Assembly: GCF_001194135.2 (NCBI RefSeq)
Contig: NC_068984.1
Span: 103,307,243-103,371,242 of the forward strand
Length of the DNA stretch: 64,000 nucleotides
Direction of reading: 5' to 3'
Source: Octopus bimaculoides
Taxonomy: Eukaryota
A program made the translations under genes and the position numbers. The notes beneath the pieces were generated by a model. It was not told where the DNA came from, did not search any database, and worked only from the letters and a program-made list of their open reading frames with translations. This document shows, piece after piece, positions 12,175 to 25,774 of the stretch (position 1 is its first letter; every line of letters starts with the position of its first letter).

Positions 12175-13860
12175 CAATATTTCTATATACCCAGGCTTAT
12201 TCCCCATTTTCTTAAGAGGGGGTAGCCACAAGATACACACCAGGCATTCCATTCATTTGCCAGCTCAAAGAGGTGATCCCCGGTCTATGCTAGCGTCATG
12301 GCATAGAATGCAACACCCAGTATCAACAGCCGGGCCCGAAAACACATGCTGGTTTACCCCGCCGCATCATGCTGGTTCCGTACCCCTTTGAGCAACTTCA
12401 AATTCACTCATCCGTCGACAAACTCTCTCCAAGCTTTCCTATCATTCATAAACTCTCTTGCCTCTCTCACTCCAACACCGCTAACCACCAAAGCTTTCTT
12501 CACTCCATCCATCCACACAAACCGATACCTGCTGCTGGTTCTGCTGCCTACCACTTCTGCCTTCATTACCAGCCTTACCATCCGCTCTTCATCCATCCTC
12601 TCTATGTGGCCAGATCACCTCAACATTTGTCTGTCCATTTTGGTTGTAAGATTTTCTTTCATTCCTGCTCGCCTTCGCACCTCCTCATTCCTCATCCTGT
12701 CTATGTGTGTCACACCAACCATAGCATTCAGACATCTCATTTCAAACACTTCTAGTCGCCTCCTTTAAGCCTCTCTCAGCCCCCACATTTCTGCACCATA
12801 TAACATTATCGGCACAGTCACACCCTCATACACACTTCTTTTCGCTTTCATACTCAACCTTTTATCTCTCAACACACCTTTCACAACTCCAAGTATCTTA
12901 CTCCCCTCCCTCACTCTGTATCCCACTTCCTCAGCCACCATCTCCCATTCACCGTCACATGTGATCCCAGACACTTAAAAACACTCACCTCCCCTAACAT
13001 CTCACCATTTATACTCACATCCATCCTACCAGCCATTCCATCTCTCGAACATCTCATCACCTTACTCTTAGCTACATTCACTTTCAGTTTCCTCCTCCCA
13101 CACACTCTTCCAAACTACCACCAGTCTCCTCAGTTGCTCTTCTGAATCCGCCACCAGTTCTGTCTCATCAGCAAACAACTGACTCACCTGCCATTTCTCT
13201 CCATTTTCTCCCACCATTTGGGCTCCCCTACCAAAGGTTCTAGCATTTACCTCTCTCACCACACCATCCATATATAAATTAAACAGCCACAGAGACATCA
13301 CACAACCCTGTCTTAACCCCACCTTCACATCAGACCACTCACTTACTTCACCACCCACCCTAACGCACGCCCTACTTTCTCTATAAAAACCCTCAGCAAT
13401 CTACCATCTACTCCATACAACCACAATACCTACCACACTGCATCCCTATCCGACGGTAATATGCCTTCTCTAGATGCTTAAAGGCCCAATACATCTCCCT
13501 CCCTTTTGCCAAAAACTTCTCACACGTCTGCATTACCATATACATTTGATCTGCACACCCCCTTCCACACCTAAAACTTCACACCTCCCCTAGTAACTCT
13601 CCCCTAGTACACACCCCAAGTATACTCTCTGTCTGGTTCCTCCCCCTTACAATCAGAATTCTCCCGTACAGTTTACCAACCACACACAACAAACTTATAC
13701 CCCTAAAATTTCCACACTCACATTTATCCCCTTTTTCCCTTGTGCAGTGGCTATACAGGCACTGCACCAGTCCTTTGGTACTCTTCCAGCCATATAAAAA
13801 ACATTCATAAGCCTTACTAACCATTCAATCATTGTCACTCCTTTCTTTAGGCATTCCACT
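12175..13860 (-). mobile_element. RTE-clade LINE, 5'-truncated; RT and 3' UTR with frameshifts
   Basis: RT motifs NFRGISLLCVVGKLYGRIL, GLRQGCVMSLWLFNLYMD, QLFADETEL and LKVNVAKSKVM. The C-terminal DRKAWREFV is typical of RTE elements. Confidence 0.9.
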
Positions 13861-14049
13861 GTACACCCATTTATATTTCAATATAATTTGGGCAAAACAA
13901 AACTTATAGTGTGCTTTCGAAAGCTTCACTGCGGGTATCGGCTACCAAATGCTATTATACACTTGTTTATTGCCTATGCACAAAACTTTCAGGCCCTGAA
14001 TGACTTTGAAACTTCTGCTGAGTAACATAGATAGATAGATAGATGGATG

Positions 14050-14109
<60 letters not shown>

Positions 14110-14121
14110 CACACACACATA

Positions 14122-14153
<32 letters not shown>

Positions 14154-14555
14154 AGTATGTATATGTATATGTGTATGCGTAAGTATGTATGTTTATGTGC
14201 ATTTGTACGTATCCATGTATATATATATATATATCTGTTACATATTCTAGTATTTAAATATGTTAAAAATTTTCAATTTCCATTACGTAGATCACAGAAC
14301 ATTACTTTATCTAACTCTATGCCATATTGTGTTCGTCTAAATGTACTTGTAATAATGTTTGTCGATTACTTAATAAGACAAATGTACAAATACTTAACAA
14401 AGACACATTCACACATGCTCAAACGCACACATACACACGCACAATTATGTTTTTATGTATGTATTTATACATATACGCACAAATATTTATTTATGTATGT
14501 ATTTGTACATGTTTATGCATGCATGTATGTTTGTGCATGTGTGTGTGTGTATGCG

Positions 14556-14604
<49 letters not shown>

Positions 14605-14687
14605 GCGTGTATGTATGGATCTTAAGTGTGTGTATGAGATATGCGTTAACAACTCGCAAGCACGCAGCCAAGCGAGAAAACAGTTAA

Positions 14688-14734
<47 letters not shown>

Positions 14735-15266
14735 GAAATGAGAAAAAATAAACGAGGGGGGGATGATTATTTGTGCACATTATAAGTGCATGGAGTAACT
14801 GAAACTGTTGTTTGCCCAAGCGGAACAAACGTTGTAGTAATTCAATCAAGACTAGCCTGAACTTGTAGCATCTTAGTCAATCCAGTGTTATAAAATGGAA
14901 TAAGTTAGACGTTGAGGTATAAATCGGTTTCACATAATTTATTGTATAAATCAACCATTGAAATATCTTCTTTTTCTTTTTCTTTTTCTTTTTATTTTCT
15001 TTTACCATTTTTAATTATAATCGGTCAAAGAAGAATGCGAAGCGTCAATGACCTTTGTGGTTAAAGTTCAGCTTGACCTTCTTCAGTTTAGTTTCTGTGG
15101 GAAATTCCTGTAGACAGAAATTTCAGAGAGATTCTGTTCTATGGAGAATTATTGTTCCTGGCAAAAACTTTAACTCTGGCTTTGGAAGGTAAGATTGAAC
15201 AGAGAAACGAAGTGCTGTGTATTTTATTGATGTGATGGTATGTAGTTAGAGCATTTATGAATGAGT

Positions 15267-15527
15267 GAAGGTGCATGGTCTTAGGGGTTAGGGTGTTGCA
15301 CTCCCGATCGTGAGATCGCAGTTTCTGTTCCTGAACCGGGTGGTGCGGTGTGTTCTTGAGCATAACACTTCATCTCACGTTGCTCTGCGATTACTTCGAC
15401 ACCTGACGAATACTACACTGTGCACCTGTTCAGACAACGTCGATTTGATGGAGAGAGTGAGCTAATGTACAGCGCATACATTTGATCGCTGTAAAAAATT
15501 CTTTTATGCCGGTTTGTTCAGCAAAAG
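15267..15527 (+). mobile_element. tRNA-head SINE family C (CORE-like middle), tail type 1
   Basis: Head GAAGGTGCATGG..GGTTAGGGTGTTGCACTC. Middle GTGTTCTTGAGCATAACACTTCATCTCACGTTGCTC. The tail is shared with 62143-62267. Confidence 0.75.
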
Positions 15528-15616
15528 AACTGTCTTTCTCGGACTACGAGAGGTTACCTTGTGATAATTAAATTATATACTGCGCACTTCATTATGTTTT
15601 GTGATGCGGATGATTC

Positions 15617-15682
15617 CCCAGTCCGTGGGAAAAATTATCCTGCATGAAACCGGTCCGTGGTGCAAAAAAGTTGGGGACCGCT
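15617..15682. mobile_element. hAT/Charlie-like terminal fragment
   Basis: CCGGTCCGTGGTGCAAAAAAGTTGGGGACCGCT resembles a Charlie-type terminus. Confidence 0.5.
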
Positions 15683-16249
15683 TTAATGTATAGAACTATG
15701 CAGTGGAGAAGCGTAGTAGTAGCTGCATAAGAGACAGAAAGAAAAATTAGTCTGTTTCTGAATGAGTGATTGTAGTGTGCTGCCAGTTGACTGAGTCTGA
15801 AGGGGAGTAAGTTCTAATGTCGCCATTTCCAAATTTGGTTCAAGTATCAGTTCTTGGAGGTAGTCTATGTATGGCGTCAGTCATTTAAGAAATGTAGTAG
15901 TATTGGAAGTTAAGGAGAAAAGAAATGTAGTATGGTCTCTATAAGAATACATGAAGTAATGCAGGTGGAGCAAATTACGGGGAAGAAGCGCTAAGCAGTG
16001 ATGTATATAACTATAAGATTATTTCCAGTTCAAATATACTTAGGACATATTCGAACTCGTAAGAAGGCTATTCACTGCGTTTTGTCATGGAGAACATTTC
16101 TCACTATAGATAAATGGTGTAAGTACACCTAAAATCAGCTCGCAGTGTCACCTATCCAGACTGTGAGGTGTAAGCACTTCGGAATGGTTATCTGGTAGTA
16201 TAAAATCGATACGGGCTTGAATGTGCCACAAGCATATTTGAACTTGTAT

Positions 16250-16420
16250 TTATAGATGGAACAGTTTAGGAAAGATAACCAATTCTTAAATCATTCTAGT
16301 ATCGATAAAATAAGAGTCCTTTGGACTCGCAAATCATTAATGGAGATCCAAGTTCTGGCCAACAACCGCGACTGATGGATAAAATTAGTGTACGATTTGT
16401 CGCCACGGTGCTCTTACGAT
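16250..16420 (+). mobile_element. Possible ancient RTE LINE 3' remnant
   Basis: LMEIQVLANNRD*WIKLVYDL resembles the RTE C-terminal A.DR..WR.LV motif. It is very degenerate. Confidence 0.3.
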
Positions 16421-17984
16421 TCCATCAGTAGTCGAAGGCCCAAGGGTTGGAAAGCCGTGATAACGCACTCTACGAAAGACATAGATGTGTGATTTATCCA
16501 GAAAGTTCTAATACCAGATGCAGTAGAAGGATTAGCTGATGTTAACAGTAACAACATTGCTTACACTGGAGTTCTATGAAAGGTGATTACAACCACTGGA
16601 GAATGACGTAGCAAAGCAAATTTCCAGTTGATTTAGCATTACGAAACCTGTATTAGTGGACATTTAGAAAGGAAACAGGCTGACGACAATTAAGTATATG
16701 GTTATTTGCGAATGTTTTCATCATATCTGAGATGTTTAAATGAGGATAAGACAATAGTTGCTTAGATCAAAATTTTGTTGAGAAGAGATTTTGTGTGAGC
16801 GTTACATGAAGTTTAAAGCAAGCAGCCGAGGCAGAGGTTATATTCATTTAATCGAGATCTTCTTGGCAATAGACTAGGCTTCTCGCTACAATTTGGAAAG
16901 TAAAACAATTTTCCAGCTGTACGATACATGAAAGCATTTTTATGTCTTCTCTTAATCATCTTTCAAGAGTTATTGTTGATGCTGTTATTGTTACAGCTAC
17001 TGTTGATGATGATGATGATGATCATGATGCAGCTGTTGTTATTGTTGTTTTTATTTTACCTCTAGATCAGGCTTTTTCGAGCAAATTTACGATGGAAGTC
17101 ATTCCGCTGTTTATCCAGGCAGAGAAATATCAAGACCGTACGAATATTTTGTCGACAATGAATTCGTAAAAACTCACTTCCTAATACATTACTAACATTA
17201 AAAAAAAAAAAGAAGTTGAAATTCTATTATTATGCTAAAAGGTAACTCAATGAAAATAATAAAGAATATCCAACAAGTTGTGAAGGTAAAGTGAACTATA
17301 AAATGGTGGCATTCGATTTATTTTACAACATTTTTTTGTATCGAGCATAGATTCCACCGTTGAATTGCTGCTATTCAACGTATGTAGTTTAGAATTGACA
17401 TTGATGGAAAACCTGATCTACAGGATGAATCAAAGAATTAAATAAACAGGGAGAATAAATGAAGTGATAAAGCATTCCAGAATAATAAAACCTGATAAAA
17501 CATGGCATTAATCAGTGAATAGAGAGCAATTTCAAACTGACATTCACTATAATACATGATAAGCAGTTGGAAGCAAGGGAAACAGATATATGTGCAATAG
17601 GTTTCCATGTCATTGTTGGCATATGTACAACAGAATGGGAAGCAAAATCTACTCAGAAAGAGAGGGGGAGAGAATGTAGAAATAATGTTCAGGGCTTTCA
17701 TCTTCATGTCACTATTACAGTATTTTAATCAATTTAAATTTATTAGTTAAACGTACACGGTATCTTCAGAAACAAAAATACAGGTGTAATTAATGAAAAA
17801 TTACGGTATAATTAATGGTATGTTTAATGGTGTAATTAATTGTATAATTGATATTATAATTAATGGTATAATCAATAATATAATTAATGGTATACTTAAT
17901 GGTGTAGTTAATGGTAAATTTAATGGCAAAATCAGTAATATAATTAACGGTAAAATGCTAAAGATTTGGAAGGCGCAGAAATAT

Positions 17985-18199
17985 TGGTATCAAATTTTGA
18001 CACAAGGCCAGCAATTCTGGGGGAGGGAGTAAGTCGATTACATCGACCCCAGTGATCAACTGGTACTTATTTTATCGACCCCTAAAGGATGAAAGGTAAA
18101 ACTGGTCCCGGCGTCATTTGAACTCAGAACGTAAAATCGGAAGAAATGCTGCTAAGTATTTTATCCGGCGCGGTAACGATCCTATCTGCTTCCCACCTT
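17985..18199 (-). mobile_element. SINE family A copy
   Basis: Full family A body. Confidence 0.85.
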
Positions 18200-18532
18200 A
18201 ACGAAGAAAGAACTGTTATGCTAACAATTGAATTATTATAACAAAAAAATAATCAAATAAAATTATTAAGTATTGCAACTAAGAGGAGTGATATATTATT
18301 CTTTACTGTAAAATATATTTTTAGCCGGATAAGTGTAATCCATCACCAGATTTAACCCCATCATCAGTTATAGTATTGCCTTGACCAATACTATATCGGA
18401 CCAAGTTCCTTTTTAAGAAAAACGTCATCCCTAATGTTCTCCCTCTACACTACAGGCAACTGGACCCTTCCTACCATCACTAAACCGCAATAAAAAAGTT
18501 ATTGACAATTGGCCTTTCCTCTTAACAGTAAA

Positions 18533-20080
18533 GCTATCTTAATATAATTCTAATTTTGAGGCGTGATGGGTGGATCGATAATATCGACTCTAGTACTTCA
18601 CTGGTATTTTATTTTATCTACTCGGAAAGGATAGAAGGCAAAGCCAACCTCAGTGGATATTGAACTCAGAACGTAAAGAGCCGGAAGAAATTCCACAAAA
18701 CATTTTGTCCGACGTGCTTACAATTCTGCTAGCTTATCGCTTTAAAAGCTATCTTAATATACTGTTTTCTTCTAAAGGCACACGTCCTGAAATTTGGGAA
18801 GAAGGGACTAGTCGATTACATCGATTGCAGTACTCAGCTGTCGACTTCGGCAATTTGAATCATAATAAAAACTGGATGAAATGTTGCCAAGCGTTTTGTC
18901 CAGCGTGCTAAAGATTCTACCAGTTGATCACCTTCAGGTTCCTAATTTTAGCGCAAGGCCAGCAATTTTAGGAAAGAGCAATTTTAGTCGATTACATCAA
19001 CCCAGAACTTAATTATTTTATCGATCACGAGAGGATGAAAGGCAAAGACGTCCTTGGCGCCATTTGAACTCAGAACGTAACGTAATGAAAGAGATACTGG
19101 TAAGAATTGTTGTCCAGCAAACTGACGATTCTGTCAGTCCCCCGCCTTAAGCTATCTTAATACAATCGTTTCAAATGTTGGTACAAGGGCAGCAATTTGG
19201 TGGGGTCAGGTTAGTTGATGTCATCGACCCCAGTGTTCAACTGGTACTTATTTTGTTAGTCCCAAAAAGATGAACGACAAAGTCGATCTCAGTGGAATTT
19301 GAACTCAGAGCGTAAAGATGAATGAAATGCCGCCAAGCATATTGTCCAGTGCGCTAACGATTCTGCCATTTGCTGCCTTATAAGGCTATCTTAATATAAT
19401 TGTTTCAAATTTTGACACAAGGCCAGCAGTTTTGGAGGAGGGAGTAAATCGATTGCATTGACTCCAGTATTCAAGTGGTACCTATTTTATCAACCCCGAA
19501 AGGATGAAATGTAAAGTCGACCTCAGCAGGTTTTGAATTCAGAACATAAAGACGGACGAAATGCCACTAAACATTTTGCCCAGTGTGCTAAAAATTCTGC
19601 CAGCCTGCCGCTTTTAACTATAGGCACAAGGCCCGAAATTTGAGGGGAAGGAGCTAGTCGATTACATCGACCACAGTGCTCGAATGGTACTTATTTTATT
19701 GATCTCAAAAGGGTGAAAGGCAAAGTCAACCGCGGTGGAATTTGAACTCAAAACGTAAAAACGGACGAAATGCCGCAATGCATTTTGTCCAGCGTAGTAA
19801 CTATTATTCTCCCACACGCAGTCTTATAAGGCTTTCTTAATATAATGATTTCAGATGAGGCACAAGGCCATCAATTTCGGGGGAGAAGGTATGTCGATCG
19901 CATTGACCCCAGTACTCAACTGGTATTTATTTTATCAACTCCGAAAAGTTGAAAGGCAAAGTCGACCTCGGTGAAATTTGAACTCAGAGCACAAAGACAG
20001 GCGTAATGCCGCTAAGTATTTTGTCCAGCGCGCTAAGTATCATTCTGCCACTCGCTCCCTTATAAGGCTATCTCAATATA
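18533..20080 (-). repeat. Head-to-tail array of 7 SINE family A units of about 185-235 bp
   Basis: Units start at about 18533, 18748, 18934, 19151, 19385, 19617 and 19831. The linker GCTATCTTAATAT or a close variant occurs 6 times. Confidence 0.9.
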
Positions 20081-20624
20081 ATAAAAACTAATAATAGCTA
20101 TTTTTATGCTTATATATTCCCCCCTTTTCTCTTAACACCGAGAAAATTTTATATTTTTTCTAAACTAAATATGTTACATTCAGCAGAAAATATTCCTTTC
20201 CATTCATAAAAAAGAGATAACATGCAACTGTTATATCTTTTTTTATTGTCAGCAGTAACTTGATAAATATAACGTTGCACATTGTAACTAACGCCATTGT
20301 TGATATCAGAGAAAATATAACCGCGGTTCTAGCATTAATAATAAAGGTTAGAAATTCAATAGGGAATTATCGAAAACAATATTCACCATATTATCAATGC
20401 GTGGCAATAACCATTAATTACTTCTGTTACAAAATACAAAATACAAAATAATAGAAACAACAAATTTTATACAAAACCTTGCCAATATATTAAATGCATC
20501 GTATTGACCACAGACCTGTCCGCTTAGTTGCGACAACTGAAATCTGGAGTTGGAGAGCAAATCTACTGAAATTGCAATTATTGTACAAAATTTATTATTT
20601 ATTTTCAAATGTATAATGCTTTAG

Positions 20625-20790
20625 AAGGCAACGAGCTGGCAGAATCGTTAGCACGCTGGACAAAAATTCTTAGCGGCTCTTCATCCGGCTCTTTACGTTC
20701 TGAGTTCAAATCCGTTCGAGATCAACAAAATAAAGTACCATCCAAATATTAGAGTAGATGTAATCAACTTAGCCCCTCCCTTCAAAATTA
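20625..20790 (+). mobile_element. SINE family A copy with an internal deletion
   Basis: AAGGCAACGAGCTGGCAGAATCGTTAGCACG...GAGTTCAAATCC. Confidence 0.8.
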
Positions 20791-20889
20791 CTTACATTGA
20801 ACCCTGTAACGGACCGGTGTTCTATTCTGAGGGAATGGTGTGATCTCGGTCTTTCATACGCCATGGAAATACAGGTAATTGGATTTATG

Positions 20890-21194
20890 TTGTTGGCACT
20901 CCGTCGCTTACGACGTCGAGGGTTCCAGTTGATCCGATCAGCGGAACAGCTTGCTCGTGAGATTAACGTGCAAGTGGCTGAACACTCCTCAGACACTTGT
21001 ACCCTTAACGTAGTTCTCGGGGATATTCAGCGTGACACAGTGTGACAAGGCTGACCCTTTGAATTACAGGCACAACAGAAACAGGAAGTAGGAGAAAGTT
21101 GTGGTGAAAGAGTACAGCAGGGTTCGCCACCATCCCCTGCCGGAGCCTCGTGGAGTTTTAGGTGTTTTCGCTCAATAAATACTCACAATGCCCG
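20890..21194 (-). mobile_element. SINE/LINE-tail repeat sharing its 3' tail with 52390-52535; 5' part lost in a gap
   Basis: Its reverse complement, GTCACGCTGAATATCCCCGAGAACTACGTTAAG...GATCGGATCAAC, matches 52390-52500. Confidence 0.7.
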
Positions 21195-21755
21195 NNNNNN
21201 NNNNNNNNNNNNNNNNNNNNNNNNNNNNNNNNNNNNNNNNNNNNNNNNNNNNNNNNNNNNNNNNNNNNNNNNNNNNNNNNNNNNNNNNNNNNNNNNNNNN
21301 NNNNNNNNNNNNNNNNNNNNNNNNNNNNNNNNNNNNNNNNNNNNNNNNNNNNNNNNNNNNNNNNNNNNNNNNNNNNNNNNNNNNNNNNNNNNNNNNNNNN
21401 NNNNNNNNNNNNNNNNNNNNNNNNNNNNNNNNNNNNNNNNNNNNNNNNNNNNNNNNNNNNNNNNNNNNNNNNNNNNNNNNNNNNNNNNNNNNNNNNNNNN
21501 NNNNNNNNNNNNNNNNNNNNNNNNNNNNNNNNNNNNNNNNNNNNNNNNNNNNNNNNNNNNNNNNNNNNNNNNNNNNNNNNNNNNNNNNNNNNNNNNNNNN
21601 NNNNNNNNNNNNNNNNNNNNNNNNNNNNNNNNNNNNNNNNNNNNNNNNNNNNNNNNNNNNNNNNNNNNNNNNNNNNNNNNNNNNNNNNNNNNNNNNNNNN
21701 NNNNNNNNNNNNNNNNNNNNNNNNNNNNNNNNNNNNNNNNNNNNNNNNNNNNNNN

Positions 21756-21851
21756 GAAGAAGAAGAAGAAGAAGAAGAAGAAGAAGAAGAAGAAGAAGAA
21801 GAAGAAGAAGAAGAAGAAGAAGAAGAAGAAGAAGAAGAAGAAGAAGAAGAA
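21756..21851. repeat. (GAA)n microsatellite next to a gap
   Basis: Seen directly. Confidence 0.95.
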
Positions 21852-22639
21852 AAAGAGCAGGAGGGGAATGAGGAGGTGGAAGAAGGAGGGAACAGTAGCA
21901 ACAGAAATAGTTACAGTAGCAGGAGGTGACAAATTCCGAAGAGTTCGCCACTGTCCATATTTTTGTTTTTTGTTGTTTTTTCGTGAGCCTTTGGTGCCTT
22001 ATTCTGCCAATTGTGCTGAAGTTCTTATCGAACCGTTATTGATATCTCTTAGTCTTGAATCAAATAGTTACCTCAGCAATATCTTAAAGTGTGAAAATTC
22101 AGCAGGACTACTTGTCATTCATTGATAAGTTATGCTATCGATAAGTTACTCTACTTTCAGAAAGTGAGTAACTGTCGAACCATTTAATGTCCGTTGCTCT
22201 TGAGTGCCGTAGACAAATTACTTACAATCTGATCTTTATTAGTATCATGCAATGGTATCAATCGATGGTACATCCAACATTCAAGTTCCTTTAATGTACT
22301 GATGAGCAGAACATCTTTGCGGTCGACTTACGAAACAATGAGGTAATCAGCGAGAAAGACCAGTGTTTGAATTTAGGATTCAAAGATGATGTCTTCTTTT
22401 TGTCTTTCTGCTAAAAGACAATGTTGGTAGAGGTAAGGTCGTAATTTTCACGCGAAAAGGAGATGTGATGCGACTGATGTTAGGTTTACTAACACCAAGG
22501 ACCAATAATTCGAGAGAGCGAGAGAGAGAGAGATAAAAGCAAAGAAATAAGCAAATAAAAAGGAAGAATGGATCCGTGCTTAATAGGTATTTTATTTATC
22601 GACCCCGAAAGTATAAAAGTTAAAGTTGACTTCTGCATA

Positions 22640-22677
<38 letters not shown>

Positions 22678-22739
22678 TTGATCGCTAAATACACAAGTTT
22701 GTTTTTTATATTCTTTCTCTGTTTATTTCCTCGTGTTCC

Positions 22740-22777
22740 TTTCTGTTGAAGAGGGTAGCCTCGAAACGTACGTCAAA
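22740..22777 (+). ncRNA. Hammerhead-like motif with CUGUUGA core variant, inside a PLE pLTR-like repeat (about 22700-22830)
   Basis: TTT CTGTTGA A GAGG GTAG CCTC GAAAC GTAC GTC AAA. Confidence 0.6.
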
Positions 22778-23825
22778 CAAATACACTTGTTTGTTTATAC
22801 ACCTGTCTTCCTCTTTTGTTTTTCTGTAAATTTAAACTATATATATATCCTATATATATCATATATTCAATGTTACATAGGTGACTCAAGGACTGAGAGT
22901 TTTATGCATTCCACTTAAATATGTACATGAGTATCACATACGTATACATACGTACATACGTATGAATACATATATGATTATCTCTATATAACGTTACTAA
23001 TCCATACAAGTAGTATGAATATATGTATGTATGTTTTTCTTTGAGTTTTATTTAAGTTCTTCGTGGCAGAGTTCAAACCGGTCTCTAACAAAGTGACAAG
23101 ACTTTTTCAGTTAAGAGGGTTCACGGTGTTTGTAAATGTGTGGTTAAGTTGGTGTGTAGGTTGAGCTGTCGGTGCATGCATCTAAGTGTGTGCATCTGTT
23201 CACTAAAGAATCTCATAGGCAAAATTTTTGGAATGTCTTAGGTATTTTCTGTGCTTATAATAGATTGGATTTAGATCATCCACGTCAGTTCCTTTTGCTT
23301 TCTCTCCGTGGAACCGAGTAATTCTAGTTTTTTGTGCAAATTTGTTGGTATATAAACGAATTTGTATGTATGTACGTAAGTATGTACGTAAGCATGTACC
23401 TACTTTGTGTAGCTTATAATGTATTTCTTGAAAATTTAATCAATACCTAAACACAAAAATGCTTCTAGTGTAAATATCAATTATCCATTGTGTCCTATTT
23501 TCCTAAGATGGTAAGGAGTAATTGGTGGGCGGTGCAAATTGGTGTTATTTTTACGATATTCTGCAATTGAATAGAAACCCCTTCATTTGTTTGTTTAATG
23601 TGCCCGTTCGTGATAGCTATTTCTAGCAGGTCAAGATCCACGTAGAGACTTCGTCGTAAGCCCCCCAACCCTAGAATGTGTTTTATGTTGTTTCTATTGT
23701 AAAATTATTGGCGTTTTCTGCATTAGCATTTGTTTCCTTTTGCTTTTGCTTTTTTCTCTCTGACACGCAAACTAACATTTTCACTATCTGACTAATAAAA
23801 ATAAATATAGAAAAAGCTGAATTGG

Positions 23826-24036
23826 GCGCAAGGCGTTGTTGTGTAATAAAAAGTTTGCTTCTGAACCACATGGCTTCGGGTTCGCTCCCACGGCATGGCA
23901 CCTTAAGCAAGTGTCTTCATTATAACCTCGAGTTGCCCAAGGCATTGTGAATGGATTTGGTAGACAGTAACTGAAAGAAGCCCATCGTGTATATGTATAT
24001 GCATGTATGTGTGTGTGTGTGTGTGTGTGTGTGCAT

Positions 24037-24080
<44 letters not shown>

Positions 24081-24440
24081 GTATACACACACATATATAT
24101 ACTCACACATATATATATACACACACACACATATGTGTATATATATATATGTATGCAAGTATGTGCGTATATATATGTTTGTGTGTGTGTGCGCGCGCGT
24201 GCGTATGTATATGCGCGTATATGTGTGTTTGCCTTGGTTGTTGTTGTCCCCTGTCATTGCTTGATAACAGGTGCCGGTTTGTTTGTGTCCCCGTAGCTTA
24301 TCGGTTCGGCAAAAGAAAACAATAGAATGACTACCAGACACTTTAAAAAGTAAGCACTGGGATCAATGCATTCGACTAAAACACTTCAGTGCAGTGCCCC
24401 AGCATGGCCGCAGTCCAATAACTGAAACAAGCAAATGATA
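23826..24440 (+). mobile_element. SINE family B copy with an expanded internal (TG)/(TA) microsatellite
   Basis: Head at 23826, body GTAACTGAAAGAAGCCCATCG, tail CCCAGCATGGCCGCAGTC. Confidence 0.85.
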
Positions 24441-24839
24441 AACGATATTGTAAGGAATTTGCTTTTAGCTATTGTGTCTTTGCTGGTGACGAGGCAAATA
24501 AAGAAGATATTTATTTCCTTTTTACCTCTTTTTTTCTCTCTCTCTCTCTGCTATAAAATCTAATGCCAGAACGAATTGCGTTTCAAAATACATTACAACT
24601 CAATCTTGAGTCTAAACACATTCTATGTTAATTTTATTGGTCTCTTATACTAGATCTTTAATTCTTTTCTAATATTCTCGCTTTCCAAATACAATTATTT
24701 TTTAAAGTATTATGTTCCAATTTTAATTATACACAATGTCATTCCTACAGATTCTATCGCTACTGTTATAATATCGATCTTCTGCAAGTAAACGTATTGA
24801 GATCTTGATACTCTTAACAGTTTTTGTTCCTTATTTTTT

Positions 24840-24988
<149 letters not shown>

Positions 24989-25340
24989 TGCTGTTGTTTA
25001 AATTATTTTTGCTTCTGGACTATTTCACGCATCTTGCAGCTCCGTAATTTTAAAAAGAAAATTTGATGTCGGTTTGTCATTTATATTTCGCTGCGCATTC
25101 TGTTTTGGAGATGGTTACCAGGAGAGTTGTGTTTAGTTTATTTTTCCGAACCATAAAACAGCCGACACAAATTGAAAGTATATATTTGTTGAAAACTTAT
25201 TTTAAATCATTATCAAATTTACGAAATGGTTACGCGTGAGTAAGATATAGGAATAACGAAAGAACACGTAAGGGAAGAGAGAGAGAGAGGAAGAGGACAG
25301 AGAAGAACTGGGGAAAAATTGACTTTCGTTTTACAAACAG

Positions 25341-25774
25341 AGGTTTCAATCCCTTCGTTCAAAATCCAGAGGAAATATATTAACAACGGCAAAGCAAACA
25401 AACAGCTCTGTTTCATCACAGCTCACCATGACGACAGCAATAACAACAGACACAGCATGTTCTTCAGTAATAGCAGCAACAACAATGTGCCCAACAATAA
25501 ACAACAACATCGACAATTATACGACAACTACCGTCAACAGTCTGAGAATGTAACAAGAGAGACGATTGCCTGCAGCTGTGCCTCCATCATTGCCCTGGTT
25601 ACCACCAAAAACAACATTTTTGCCACTACCATCACCACCAACATCAACAAGTCAATGCCGTTTGCCAAATCTACGAAATCGTGGGTGAAGCATTCGTTTG
25701 CGGTGAAAGAAAAATTCAGGCAGAATGTCAAGGACTGCATAACACAATCTGCTTCTCACTGCCAGGGAAAGTAA
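25341..25774 (+). other. Candidate host coding exon (N/Q/T-rich), product unknown
   Basis: A 151-codon open frame lies in transposon-free DNA, with a possible acceptor TTTTACAAACAG at 25329-25340. I recognise no domain. Confidence 0.2.

Noticed and set aside
13160-13175. Minus-strand CTGATGA (similar hits at about 18360, 39460, 50060 and 57887)
   Set aside because: They are chance 7-mers, mostly inside other elements, with no second half-core.
15086-15188. Possible exon with a CAG acceptor and AG|GTAAG donor
   Set aside because: The short peptide is unrecognisable and such signals occur by chance.
17780-17960. NGIIN-repeat ORF (17793-18032) and similar TAACTAATGG repeats at 33.3-33.5 kb
   Set aside because: Decayed minisatellites, not coding.
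18533-20080. CRISPR-like periodicity
   Set aside because: The units are whole diverged SINEs, there are no unique spacers or cas genes, and the DNA is eukaryotic.
22139-22177. Short hairpin CGATAAGTTACTC...GAGTAACTGTCG
   Set aside because: It is only 39 nt, lacks a Helitron CTAG end or any other context, and is probably part of an old repeat.
22299-22350. CTGATGA...GAAAC
   Set aside because: Helices II and III cannot be formed convincingly.
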